This document shows, piece after piece, positions 53,092 through 62,603 of a stretch of 64,000 nucleotides of DNA. This DNA comes from Candidatus Woesearchaeota archaeon (GTDB taxonomy: Archaea; Nanobdellota; Nanobdellia; Woesearchaeales; ARS49), in NCBI GenBank assembly GCA_037445145.1, contig JBBILB010000002.1, positions 15,137 to 79,136 of the forward strand. Reading direction: 5' to 3'. Made by a program: the position numbers and the translations under genes. The stretch's first letter is position 1; every line of letters starts with the position of its first letter. The notes under the pieces were generated by a model. It was not told the origin of the DNA, did no database searches, and was given only the letters and a program-made list of their open reading frames with translations.

Positions 53092-54009
53092 ATGCTCGCC
53101 ACGCTCAAGCAAGTCCTTGCAAAAGCTCAAAAAGGCAAGTACGCAGTCGGCGCATTCAACACAAACAACCTTGAAATAATGCAGGCAATCGTCAGGGCAG
53201 CTGCAAAACTCAAGTCGCCAGTAATTCTTCAGACCAGCGAGGGCGCCATTGCGTATGCAGGAATGAATTACCTCAAATGCCTTGTTTCAGAGGCAGCACG
53301 CGAATACAAGATACCAATCGTCCTTCACCTTGACCACGGAAGAGACCCTGAAATCATAAAACAGGCAATAAAAACAGGCTACACAGGCATAATGATTGAC
53401 GCATCACACATGCCATTTGACGAAAATATTGCAATCACGAAAAAAGTTGTGGGCTGGGCGCACCCAAAAGGAATCTCTGTTGAAGGAGAGCTTGGAACAA
53501 TCGGTGGTGCAGAAGAAAAAATAGTTGCCCGCAGAATAAAACTTACAGATCCTGAATCAGCAAAAGAGTTTGTTGAAAAGACAGGGGTTGATGCTCTTGC
53601 AGTTGCAATTGGAACATCGCACGGAGCTTACAAGTTCGCAGGAGCTGCGCGGCTGGACATTGCAAGACTGAAGGAGATAAGGCAGAAAGTCAAGATCCCC
53701 CTTGTCCTGCACGGCGCAAGCGGGGTGCCTGACTGGATTGTGGCAGCAGCAGAGCACTACGGCGCAAGGCTTGGAAAGCCAGAAGGCGTGCCTGACGAAC
53801 AAATCAGGGAAGCAGTCAGGAACGGAATCTGCAAGATAAACACAGACACAGACCTGCGGCTTGCGTTTGACGCAGGAGTCCGCGAAGTTCTCTCAACATC
53901 GCCAGGCGACTTTGACCCAAGGCACGTACTCGGCAGGGCTCGCGACCTGATGCAGGAAGTTGTTGAGCAGAGAATAAAACTGCTTGGAAGCGCAGGAAAG
54001 GCACGATGA
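53092..54009 (+). CDS. fba: Class II fructose/tagatose-bisphosphate aldolase
   Basis: GAFNTNNLE, HLDHG, VEGELGTIGGAEE, GTSHGAYKF and LVLHGASG. Confidence 0.85.
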   Translation: MLATLKQVLAKAQKGKYAVGAFNTNNLEIMQAIVRAAAKLKSPVILQTSEGAIAYAGMNYLKCLVSEAAREYKIPIVLHLDHGRDPEIIKQAIKTGYTGIMIDASHMPFDENIAITKKVVGWAHPKGISVEGELGTIGGAEEKIVARRIKLTDPESAKEFVEKTGVDALAVAIGTSHGAYKFAGAARLDIARLKEIRQKVKIPLVLHGASGVPDWIVAAAEHYGARLGKPEGVPDEQIREAVRNGICKINTDTDLRLAFDAGVREVLSTSPGDFDPRHVLGRARDLMQEVVEQRIKLLGSAGKAR

Positions 54010-54461
54010 AAACAGTCTACATAGGAGCAGACCACGCAGGATTCAAGCTCAAGCAAGAACTCAAAAAATTCCTTAACCAGCAGGGCTACAAAATAATTGA
54101 TGTGGGCGCATTTGAGCTTGACCCTGCTGATGATTACCCTGTTTATGCCTACAAAACTGCAAAAGCGGTTTCAAAAAGCAAGGCAATGGGAATACTCGTG
54201 TGTGGAAGCGCAGAAGGAGTATGCATAGCGGCAAACAAGGTCAAAGGAATCCGTGCAGCCGCAGTGTGGACTCTCCGCAATGCCCGCCTGAGCCGCGAGC
54301 ACAATGACGCAAACATCCTCTGCCTTTCAGGATGGGACTTATCCCTGAACAACGCAAAGAAAATAGTGAAAACCTGGCTGGAAACATCATTCTCGGGACA
54401 GGAAAGGCACAAAAGAAGGCTTGAAGAAATAAAGAGGATAGAAAATGGCAAAGCAATTTGA
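54006..54461 (+). CDS. rpiB: Ribose-5-phosphate isomerase B
   Basis: IGADHAGFKLK and GILVCGSAEGVCIAANKVKGIRAA. Confidence 0.85.
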   Translation: MKTVYIGADHAGFKLKQELKKFLNQQGYKIIDVGAFELDPADDYPVYAYKTAKAVSKSKAMGILVCGSAEGVCIAANKVKGIRAAAVWTLRNARLSREHNDANILCLSGWDLSLNNAKKIVKTWLETSFSGQERHKRRLEEIKRIENGKAI

Positions 54462-55092
54462 GATTGTCCCCTCATTACTGTGCAAGACAAAAGAAGAGCT
54501 CCTTGCAAAGCTCAGGCGCATAGAACCATTCGTGAAAAGAACACAGTTTGACATAATGGACGGCAAATTCGTGCAAAACAAAACAGTCCAGCCAAAAGAA
54601 CTTAAGGGGCTGAAAACAAAACTCGCAGTTGAATGCCAGCTGATGGTCAAGGAGCCTGCAGATTACCTTTCAGACTGCTGCAGGATGAATGCAAAAATAA
54701 TAATCTTCCATTACGAATCATACAAGAATGCAAAAAGAATCAGGGAATTCATCAAAAAGATACGCGCGCACCACCTGAAGGCAGGAATTGCAATCAATCC
54801 AAGAACACCCGCAGCAAAAATCAAGCCGTTCATTAAACTTGTTGACCTTGTTCTCGTGATGACTGTCAATCCCGGCTTTGGAGGGCAAAAACTAATCCCT
54901 GCAACACTCAAAAAAGTCAGCCAGGTAAGGAAATGGGCTCCAAAAATAGACATAGAGGTTGACGGCGGAATAAACAAAAACACAGCACATCTTGCAGTCA
55001 AGGCAGGGGCAAACATTCTCGTCGCAGGAAACGCAATACACAAGGCAAAAACCGTGCCCGAGGGGCTGGCAGCATTAAGAAGCAAGATTTAA
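54445..55092 (+). CDS. rpe: Ribulose-phosphate 3-epimerase
   Basis: PSLLC, FDIMDGKFV, MTVNPGFGGQK and IEVDGGI. Confidence 0.85.
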   Translation: MAKQFEIVPSLLCKTKEELLAKLRRIEPFVKRTQFDIMDGKFVQNKTVQPKELKGLKTKLAVECQLMVKEPADYLSDCCRMNAKIIIFHYESYKNAKRIREFIKKIRAHHLKAGIAINPRTPAAKIKPFIKLVDLVLVMTVNPGFGGQKLIPATLKKVSQVRKWAPKIDIEVDGGINKNTAHLAVKAGANILVAGNAIHKAKTVPEGLAALRSKI

Positions 55093-55133
55093 ATAATCTG
55101 CAAACACAGTTTCTCGAACAAAAAGAGGGGACA

Positions 55134-55994
55134 ATGCAATTCAGGAAAATAAAGGATATCAAAAAGCTAAACCTTATCGCAAACAAAATCAGGCAGGACA
55201 TCATCAGAATGATCAGCGCAGCAGGCTCCGGCCACCCTGCCGGCTCGCTCGGAATGGCAGACGTCTTCACAGCATTATACTTCAACATCCTCAAGCACGA
55301 CCCTAAAAAGCCAGACTGGAAAGAAAGGGACATCCTCGTGCTGAGCAACGGCCACATCTGCCCTGCAAGGTATGCAGCAATGGCAGAAGCAGGATATTTC
55401 CCGCCAAAAGAACTCATGACATTGCGAAAGCTCGGCTCAAGGCTTCAGGGACACCCGCACAGGCCGTCACTGCCTGGACTTGAAACAACATCAGGACCTC
55501 TCGGGTGCGGAATCTCGCAAGCAGCAGGAATTGCCATAGCGCTGAGAATGGACGGAAAAAACAACCACGTTTACTGCATCACGAGCGACGGAGAGCACGA
55601 CGAAGGCAACACGTGGGAAGGAATAATGTTTGCGAACAAGATGGAACTGAAAAATCTCACAGTAATAATTGACCGCAACAACATACAAATAGACGGCTTT
55701 ACTGAGGAAGTAATGCCGCTGGAGCCGCTCAGGGAAAAGTATGAAGCATTCGGATGGCACGTTATTGACGTTGACGGGCATGACATCCAGGCAGTCATTG
55801 AGGCTATTGAAGAAAGCAAAAAGAACGGCAGGCTGACCTGCATAATCGCTCACACAACTCCCGGAAAGGGAGTCTCATTCATGGAAAACAATCCCAAATG
55901 GCATGGAAAGGCACCAAATGCTGAACAAGCAGAAAAAGCGCTTGCTGAACTGCAGGAATTGCGCAAAAGAATTGAGCAAGGGAAAGGCAAATGA
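55134..55994 (+). CDS. tktA: Transketolase, N-terminal subunit
   Basis: SGHPAGSLGMADV, LSNGH, GHP, GPLGCGISQAAG and ITSDGEHDEGNTWE. Confidence 0.9.
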   Translation: MQFRKIKDIKKLNLIANKIRQDIIRMISAAGSGHPAGSLGMADVFTALYFNILKHDPKKPDWKERDILVLSNGHICPARYAAMAEAGYFPPKELMTLRKLGSRLQGHPHRPSLPGLETTSGPLGCGISQAAGIAIALRMDGKNNHVYCITSDGEHDEGNTWEGIMFANKMELKNLTVIIDRNNIQIDGFTEEVMPLEPLREKYEAFGWHVIDVDGHDIQAVIEAIEESKKNGRLTCIIAHTTPGKGVSFMENNPKWHGKAPNAEQAEKALAELQELRKRIEQGKGK

Positions 55995-57247
55995 CAACTC
56001 TGAAGGCAACAAGGGACGGGTTCGGAGAGGGAATGCTTGAGCTTGGCGGAAAAAACAAAAATGTTGTTGCGCTGTGCGGAGACCTTGCAGAAAGCACGCG
56101 GCTGGCAGAATTCAAGCAGAAATTCCCAGAGAGATTCATTGAGGTGGGCGTTGCAGAGCAGAACCTTGCATCAATCGCGGCAGGAATGGCATTAATGGGC
56201 AAAATACCATACATTGCCTCTTTTGCAGTATTCAGCCCGGGAAGGAACTGGGAGCAGATAAGGACAACCATTTGCTACAATGACGTCCCTGTGAAAATCA
56301 TCGGCGCGCACGCAGGAATAGCAACCGGCGAGGACGGCGCAACACACCAAGGAACAGAAGACATTGCACTAATGCGCGCAATGCCTAATATGACAGTGAT
56401 TGTTCCCTGCGACGCAACAGAAGCAAGAAAGGCAACAATTGCCGCTGCAACCCACAAGGGACCTGTTTATATCAGACTTGCGCGCAACAAGACACCCTAT
56501 ATAACGCACGAGCATTCGCGCTTTGAGATTGGAAAGGCAGACATCCTGAAGGAAGGCACGGATGTCACAATAGTCGCCTGCGGACCCCTCGTCAGCCAAG
56601 CATTGCAGTCTGCAGAAATTCTTGGAAAGGAGGGAATAAGCGCCCAGGTCATCAACTGCCATACCATAAAGCCAATTGATGCAAAGACTCTTGCTGTTGC
56701 GGCAAGAAAAACCAATGCATTCGTGACTGTTGAGGACCACCAAATCAACGGCGGGCTTGGAAGCGCAGTGGCAGAATCGCTTTCTGAAATCTTTCCCGTA
56801 CCAGTAAGGCGCGTCGGGCTGAATGACGCATTCGGCGAAAGCGGCACAACAGAAGAACTATTTGTGAAATACAAAATGACCGCAGCAGACATCGCAAGAG
56901 CCGCAAGGGAAGCAATTGCACTGAAGCAGGTGTGCAGAGGAATGCACCCACCCATCCCAGAGCCAGGCGCTGAGCCAGGCAGGCTTTTGTCAGAACTCGC
57001 GCCTGACCAGTACTTCCACCTCTGGGGCGGCGAAACCATCAAGACAGTGCCTGAGCTTGAGGCAGCGCTCAAAAAAATGGATGACGCAACATTCCGCCAT
57101 CACGTTAACAGCCGCAAAAATGACTTCAGCAACTGGATCCAAGATTGCTTTGGCGACAAAATTCTTGCGGAAGCGCTGAGAAGAAATCCTGACAAGAAAA
57201 CAATGGCGGTTCTCTTGGCGCAAAGGCTGAGAAAACCCAAAAAATGA
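55991..57247 (+). CDS. tktB: Transketolase, C-terminal subunit, with ~100-aa C-terminal extension carrying the HHVN-NDF-NW domain (copy D)
   Basis: FIEVGVAEQNLASIAAG, THQGTEDIALMRAMPNM and then, after the normal end, QYFHLWGGETIKTVPELEAALKKMDDATFRHHVNSRKNDFSNWIQDCFGDKILAEAL. Confidence 0.85.
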   Translation: MTTLKATRDGFGEGMLELGGKNKNVVALCGDLAESTRLAEFKQKFPERFIEVGVAEQNLASIAAGMALMGKIPYIASFAVFSPGRNWEQIRTTICYNDVPVKIIGAHAGIATGEDGATHQGTEDIALMRAMPNMTVIVPCDATEARKATIAAATHKGPVYIRLARNKTPYITHEHSRFEIGKADILKEGTDVTIVACGPLVSQALQSAEILGKEGISAQVINCHTIKPIDAKTLAVAARKTNAFVTVEDHQINGGLGSAVAESLSEIFPVPVRRVGLNDAFGESGTTEELFVKYKMTAADIARAAREAIALKQVCRGMHPPIPEPGAEPGRLLSELAPDQYFHLWGGETIKTVPELEAALKKMDDATFRHHVNSRKNDFSNWIQDCFGDKILAEALRRNPDKKTMAVLLAQRLRKPKK

Positions 57248-57307
57248 AATGTTTATTTCAGCGTTCCTTCCCTTGACTCCCCCCAACACTTTTTGTTCCA
57301 AAACTTC

Positions 57308-58033
57308 TTAGACAGTCACGCCAAGCACTACGCCTATCGCGTACCCCACAATGGCCGCAGCCATTCCTATGGCCGCAAGCTCAATGCCTGACTTCCACCA
57401 CGTTCCAATCGTGATTTTTGCCTTGACCGAGCCTATTATGAAAAGCGAAAAAGTGCATATTGCCAGCGAGAGCCAGATTGCAACCAGCACCGGCAGGAAA
57501 AAGAAGGGCAGGAGCGGTATGAGCGAGCCCGCAATGCTTGACACGCCCACAATAACCGCCGCGCGCATCGGGTCGCGGTATTCTCCAGGAAAAACACTTA
57601 ATTCCTCTGCCATCATCGTGTCAAGCCATACTTTTTTTGATGAAGTGATTTTTTTCACGACATTCTCAAGCAGTTTCCCCCTAAACCCCTTATGCCAATA
57701 TATATCCATGATTTCCTTGCGCTCCCTTCCCGGGACATTCCTGATTTCCTCAAGCTCCTGTTTCTTAAGGCTAAGATAATATTCCTTTGCCGCCTTTGTG
57801 CTCGTGTAAGCCACAGCACCCATTGAGATGCTTTCTGCACAAGTGGCTGCAAGGCCCGCAATTATGACCATGCGCGTCTCAAACGTGGCAGCAGCAACAC
57901 CAAGGACTATGCCAAGGACGTTCACCAGCCCATCCTGCCCGCCAAGGATTATTTCGCGAAGCTTTGAGGCAAAGCCGTTGTGCTGCTCTTCTATTTCCAG
58001 CACGTGTTCGTGACCCGCCATCTTTTTTCTCAT
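57308..58033 (-). CDS. VIT1/CCC1-family iron/manganese transporter
   Basis: LREIILGGQDGLVNVLGIVLGVAAAT plus C-terminal TM helices. Confidence 0.75.
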   Translation of the reverse strand: MRKKMAGHEHVLEIEEQHNGFASKLREIILGGQDGLVNVLGIVLGVAAATFETRMVIIAGLAATCAESISMGAVAYTSTKAAKEYYLSLKKQELEEIRNVPGRERKEIMDIYWHKGFRGKLLENVVKKITSSKKVWLDTMMAEELSVFPGEYRDPMRAAVIVGVSSIAGSLIPLLPFFFLPVLVAIWLSLAICTFSLFIIGSVKAKITIGTWWKSGIELAAIGMAAAIVGYAIGVVLGVTV

Positions 58034-58130
58034 TCAGACATAACTGCCAACATTATATAAATATTGCCTTCTGCAAAACCGCAGGGTTTTTATACCCATT
58101 TTTACACCTCCTGCAAAAAAGAGGAATAAT

Positions 58131-58694
58131 ATGAAAAGGTTTGCAGTGCTGTTGCTGGCGTTGTTTGTAGTTCCCTGTGCTCTTGCCGATGTCGTGAAGG
58201 AGTCGCATACTGTTGCAATGCAGAGCACGCTCATAACCCAAGGATACCAGTATGCAGTAGTCACTGGTGTGAACCGCCTTGACAGGCAGATAGAGGTTAA
58301 CCAATGGAACATGAAGGCAGTCCTCGGCCCCTCATACGCGTTCTGCGAATTACAGCCAATAATATTGCCACCGGGGGCTTTCGCACTGGATGTGGCAGCC
58401 CAGTGCCAGACAAGGTCAGGATTCACCACAATGTACACGAAAGGCACAATGGTTGCCATTGAAACATACGTCCCTGACAATGTTCCTGCAAACTCGTTCA
58501 GCATTGATTCCATAACCATCGTGACAAAGCCCAGACTACTAACAGTTGCATTCCCTATGACAGCAGTAACAGGCACTTATGTCAGCGAAGCGCAGGCAGG
58601 CAATGCAGGCTCATTCATGTTCTTTGCAGGAATCGGCGCAATAATTGTGCTGGCAATAACAATAATTCTTGCAGCCCTTCGGCAACGGGAATAA
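58131..58694 (+). CDS. Secreted protein with C-terminal TM anchor, unknown function
   Basis: Signal peptide MKRFAVLLLALFVVPCALA and C-terminal FFAGIGAIIVLAITIILAAL plus basic residues. Confidence 0.55.
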   Translation: MKRFAVLLLALFVVPCALADVVKESHTVAMQSTLITQGYQYAVVTGVNRLDRQIEVNQWNMKAVLGPSYAFCELQPIILPPGAFALDVAAQCQTRSGFTTMYTKGTMVAIETYVPDNVPANSFSIDSITIVTKPRLLTVAFPMTAVTGTYVSEAQAGNAGSFMFFAGIGAIIVLAITIILAALRQRE

Positions 58695-58849
58695 AACACC
58701 CCTGCATTAAACAACTAATAAAACAAGCTCCTTACAATTTCAGATACAAAATAATAATAGAAAATTTTCTTCAACGTCTTTATTGCGCATCAGCGCCTTT
58801 AAGGAGTTCTCATTTGCGTAATCAGCCCACATAAACCTTAATGAAGAAA

Positions 58850-59461
58850 TTACTGCCTTTCGTACGAGTAGCCAGCCATCTGTTTCTCGCCAAGAATTGG
58901 CGAAGGCACATAATAGTCCTTCTTCACAAAATTGCCAATAAGCACAACATCATCAGAAGGCCTTGGGTCCTCATCATCTCGTGGCTCCCTCGTGACAACA
59001 ACAAAGTCAAACGGGTCAAAATACTTCTGCATATTGAACTGCATGCTGGCAACACCGCCGCCAATCGTGTCAAACACGCCAAGGTTCAGGTAATATCCTG
59101 ATTCCGCATCAAGAAGCCACGCCTGATAATACGAATTGTCATAGTCAGACGGGCGCAAGTCCTTCACTTTCAGCAGGATGTTACCATGTGGAATATAAGG
59201 GCTGCGCTGGCTCTGGACCCTTGCAGTGCCGCGCGGATAATACTGCGGCTGCCCTGTTGCGAAAACAGGCGGTTCAGGCGGCTCAAGATAAACCCACGTG
59301 TCCTGCTTGAATGTCTGGACGCGCGGGTCATAAAAGTACTCGTTAAACCTCTGCACGCCTCCCTCGCGGAACTTGATGTCCTCTGGCTTGATGTAAACAT
59401 AGCCAATCACCAGCGGAGCCAGCAGGAGGAATGCAAGACCAAGGGCGGCAAGCTTTTTCAC
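58850..59461 (-). CDS. Signal-anchored protein with anti-sigma-K RskA-like extracytoplasmic domain
   Basis: YYQAWLLDAESGYYLNLGVFDT...FDFVVVTREP resembles the RskA C-terminal domain pattern (Y.lWl.....p.s.G.f). Confidence 0.5.
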   Translation of the reverse strand: MKKLAALGLAFLLLAPLVIGYVYIKPEDIKFREGGVQRFNEYFYDPRVQTFKQDTWVYLEPPEPPVFATGQPQYYPRGTARVQSQRSPYIPHGNILLKVKDLRPSDYDNSYYQAWLLDAESGYYLNLGVFDTIGGGVASMQFNMQKYFDPFDFVVVTREPRDDEDPRPSDDVVLIGNFVKKDYYVPSPILGEKQMAGYSYERQ

Positions 59462-60192
59462 GCCAGCCTCACCCCCTCCTTAAGCAGTCCTGACAGGATT
59501 ACCTGCCCTGGCATCGGGTTTTCATCAGGAAAAGGCTCAATAGTGACAATCATTGAGTCAAAAGGCCAGACCGGCACAACAGACTCGTAATCAAGCGAAA
59601 CAACCCTGCCAATTTGGGCAGGCTGGAAAAGACCCAGGCTCATAGAATACCCTGTGTCCTCATCAACAAGCCACAATTCATAAAGGTATTCAGGAGCCAA
59701 TGGTGGCAAGTCCTTTGTCCTGAAAAAGACAGTTGCAACAGGGAACCCGACGCCATTATCCTTTATGTTAACGACACGGGCATAGCCCTTTGGAGTGCCA
59801 TTGATTTGCGGCCTTGAAACAAGCCCCAGCTCAACTGGCTCAAGCTCAACATACTTGTTGACAATGGGGTATCCGCGCACGCTCGCATAATAATTGCTTA
59901 TCGCAGACGGGTCACTTCCGCGAGGTATGAAGTCATTGTAAGGCAGGTTTGAGGCGCCCTCTTCCTCCCCCTTCATCCCAAAACTGCCCCTGCTCGCACC
60001 CTTTGCGCCATAGCCGCCATAAGGCTTGACATAATCCATCCAGTACCTGTTTGACGAAAACACAATATCCCTTGGCACAATAGTTGACTGGTACCAAGAA
60101 TACCGCGTCTCTGAAGTGTAGCCTGTCTGGGTCGCAATAACAACTGCACTCATTACAACAAGGATAACAATGCCCAAAACAAGCTTCTGCAT
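59458..60192 (-). CDS. Paralogous RskA-like-domain protein
   Basis: LYELWLVDEDTGYSMSLGLFQP...FDSMIVTIEP. 4-nt overlap with the downstream paralogue. Confidence 0.5.
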   Translation of the reverse strand: MQKLVLGIVILVVMSAVVIATQTGYTSETRYSWYQSTIVPRDIVFSSNRYWMDYVKPYGGYGAKGASRGSFGMKGEEEGASNLPYNDFIPRGSDPSAISNYYASVRGYPIVNKYVELEPVELGLVSRPQINGTPKGYARVVNIKDNGVGFPVATVFFRTKDLPPLAPEYLYELWLVDEDTGYSMSLGLFQPAQIGRVVSLDYESVVPVWPFDSMIVTIEPFPDENPMPGQVILSGLLKEGVRLA

Positions 60193-60304
60193 TTTAAGTA
60201 ATCACCTTTTTGTCACAAAACAGGGCGATACGGGTTTATAAACTTTGTGCTTGCGCCGAGATCAGCTCGAGATTAAGCAGTCCTTTGCATGATGCCAGGC
60301 AGGC

Positions 60305-61255
60305 TTAAATCCTTGCCCAAGGCAACGGTTTCTCAAGGTTTGCTTCGCCCGGAAAAAAATTCTGGCCAGTGCACCTTCCTGCAATGCATGCGCACCTTCC
60401 GCCGCAGTCCAAAGTCCCCGGCCTGCAGTCCATTGTACACATAATCCTGCTACAGTCAGGCGCCTTCTCCTTGATTACGCAGTCAGCTGCATGGCAGCAC
60501 TGCGCAGGAACGCAGTCAGAATCCTCATCGCACTCAGGGGGCAAAAGCTCGGGAATCACCACCACAACAGCAGGCGATGACGCAACACCGCCTATAGTGA
60601 GAATAACGTTGTAAGTCCCCGGCCTCTCAAACCTGTGCATTGTTGCGTACCGCGTGGGCACGCTTGCCCCAGGAAACCAAGGCGCACAGCTCGGCGATGA
60701 AACCTCCTCGGTTCCATCCCCAAAATTCCAGTGCATTGGAGCGCAGTAAAACCTCTTGTCATTAGGCTCTGCATTCCGCAAAATTGCAGTCAAGTTAACC
60801 AACAAAGGTATCTCGCCAATCCTCGGGCTTGCAACAACCTCAACAAAAGGACCCACTGCAATTGGCGTTTCCAGTTTCACAATCGAACACTTATTATCAA
60901 TACACTTAACACCCCTGTCGCCTGCAATGCCTGTGCAGAAGTCAGGGCAGTCCCTTTGCTTGTCAACAAAAACATCATAATACTGCCTGTTGCCCACAAA
61001 GCACTGCTCTGTCATCGGGTCAAAGCCATCGCAAATGCAATCGCCATCAACCTCGCAATAATCGCTTGCCCACCCGGGGCACGGCGCAAACTCGCAGTCC
61101 GGCCCTGTCCTTCCCACAACACTGCCGTCAGGACAAATCTTGACATCATCAGTGCATACAGCCGGCTTCGGAAGCACTTTTTCAGACGGAACAACAGCAC
61201 AGGAACCCAGAAAGACAACCAAAAAAAGAAAAACAATAAACTTACTCAATCTCAA
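60305..61255 (-). CDS. Cys-rich lipobox protein with PKD-like domain
   Basis: MRLSKFIVFLFLVVFLGSC (L-G-S-C). WNFGDGTEE...HRFERPGTYNVILTIG is PKD-like. Both flanks have many CxxC/CxC clusters. Confidence 0.6.
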   Translation of the reverse strand: MRLSKFIVFLFLVVFLGSCAVVPSEKVLPKPAVCTDDVKICPDGSVVGRTGPDCEFAPCPGWASDYCEVDGDCICDGFDPMTEQCFVGNRQYYDVFVDKQRDCPDFCTGIAGDRGVKCIDNKCSIVKLETPIAVGPFVEVVASPRIGEIPLLVNLTAILRNAEPNDKRFYCAPMHWNFGDGTEEVSSPSCAPWFPGASVPTRYATMHRFERPGTYNVILTIGGVASSPAVVVVIPELLPPECDEDSDCVPAQCCHAADCVIKEKAPDCSRIMCTMDCRPGTLDCGGRCACIAGRCTGQNFFPGEANLEKPLPWARI

Positions 61256-61970
61256 ACACCACCTGCACGCTTGCGCTCACGTCAAGCTCCTGCGGCGCAA
61301 TTGGAGGCGGAACTGCCTTGTCCATCCATTCTGCCATTGCAACAGCGCCGCGCATGACAGGGTATGCGTAATACTCGTTTATTGATACGCTCACAACCTT
61401 GCCAAGGCGCTTGTCAATCCCTTCTGCCAGCGCCTCTGCCTTGCTCTTTGCGTCCTGCACAGCGCGCTTCAATGCCTCATTTTTGGCGTCCTTTTCCGCA
61501 GTCTTGCTCAGTTCAAAGCTGATGCTGTTCACGCCAGTGGCTCCTGCATCAACACCAACCTGTATGTACGTACCAACCTTTTTGATTTCATCAGTCGTTA
61601 TCTTGAGCGAATGGGAAACCTTGTAGCCAGCCTCAATTTGGCGCTGCCTTTCATAATCCCAGTAAGTATTGGGATAAACATTGTAATACACTGTTTCCAT
61701 GTTGCGCGAATCAAGCCCTGCGCGCAATAAAGCGTTCTGCACTGCACCCATTATAATGCTGTTTTTGTCCTGCGCTTCCTTTACTGTAGAAGCGTTTGTC
61801 TCAACCTGCAAATAAACAGTCGCCTGGTCAGGAGCCACCTTGAACTGACTGGTCCCTGTCACACTAATTACGTTTTCCCTCTCAGCAGATGGCTGCTGGA
61901 CAGTAATCGTGCAAGCAGCCAGGACAGTTGCCAAAAAAATAATTCCAACAATCATTGAAATCTTGTTCAT
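61242..61970 (-). CDS. SIMPL/DUF541-family lipobox protein
   Basis: Lipobox VLAAC, then ISVTGTSQFKVAPDQATVYLQVETNASTVKEAQDKN, typical of SIMPL. Confidence 0.65.
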   Translation of the reverse strand: MNKISMIVGIIFLATVLAACTITVQQPSAERENVISVTGTSQFKVAPDQATVYLQVETNASTVKEAQDKNSIIMGAVQNALLRAGLDSRNMETVYYNVYPNTYWDYERQRQIEAGYKVSHSLKITTDEIKKVGTYIQVGVDAGATGVNSISFELSKTAEKDAKNEALKRAVQDAKSKAEALAEGIDKRLGKVVSVSINEYYAYPVMRGAVAMAEWMDKAVPPPIAPQELDVSASVQVVFEIE

Positions 61971-62006
61971 TTTTGCATCACCACATTCCCAATAGGAGAA
62001 CCTTGC

Positions 62007-62570
62007 TTATATATTCTTTTTGTTGGTAAGGCTTTTGCCTAACCAGCCATGCCGTTTCAGCACCACAACCAGTGCGACCAGCAATACCAGTGTGGCAATG
62101 CCGAACGTGGTGAGCCACACAGGCGAAGCAGCAGGGGGTGCTTCTGTGGCCATTGGCGCTGCCTCTGCCAATAATTGTTCTGCAGCACTTCTTGCCACAA
62201 GCTTTGGTGCTACTGCTCCATAAGCAGCACCAGCGCCAAAGAACCTTATTGCGCTAATCACTGTTGCCGCAGCACTGAAAAGGAACAACCCAAGCAAAAA
62301 CCAAATTGTCGTTGTGTTGGGGTGCAAAAGCATCCTTGACTTTTGTGTCAGGGAATAATATTTCCACTTTCTTGTTGTTTCCTCCTTTTCAACAAGCCCT
62401 GCATCAACCAATGCCCTCAAGTGCTCTCCGACTGTAGGCAGACTCATATGAAGCTCGTAAGCAATATCTGAAGGAGTCATCTGCATTTTATCCAAGAGCT
62501 TCAAAATCCTTACCCTTGTTTCGCCGGCCAAAGCCTTAAGGGTGGGCTGGTCAAGCCCGATGCGTTCCAT
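62007..62570 (-). CDS. ArsR-type winged-helix regulator tethered by two C-terminal TM helices
   Basis: LKALAGETRVRILKLLDKMQMTPSDIAYELHMSLPTVGEHLRALVDAGLV, then TM helices IWFLLGLFLFSAAATVISAI and LTTFGIATLVLLVALVVVL. Confidence 0.7.
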   Translation of the reverse strand: MERIGLDQPTLKALAGETRVRILKLLDKMQMTPSDIAYELHMSLPTVGEHLRALVDAGLVEKEETTRKWKYYSLTQKSRMLLHPNTTTIWFLLGLFLFSAAATVISAIRFFGAGAAYGAVAPKLVARSAAEQLLAEAAPMATEAPPAASPVWLTTFGIATLVLLVALVVVLKRHGWLGKSLTNKKNI

Positions 62571-62603
62571 AACCGCAGAAAAAACTCAAGAAGTTTATAA
62601 TGA

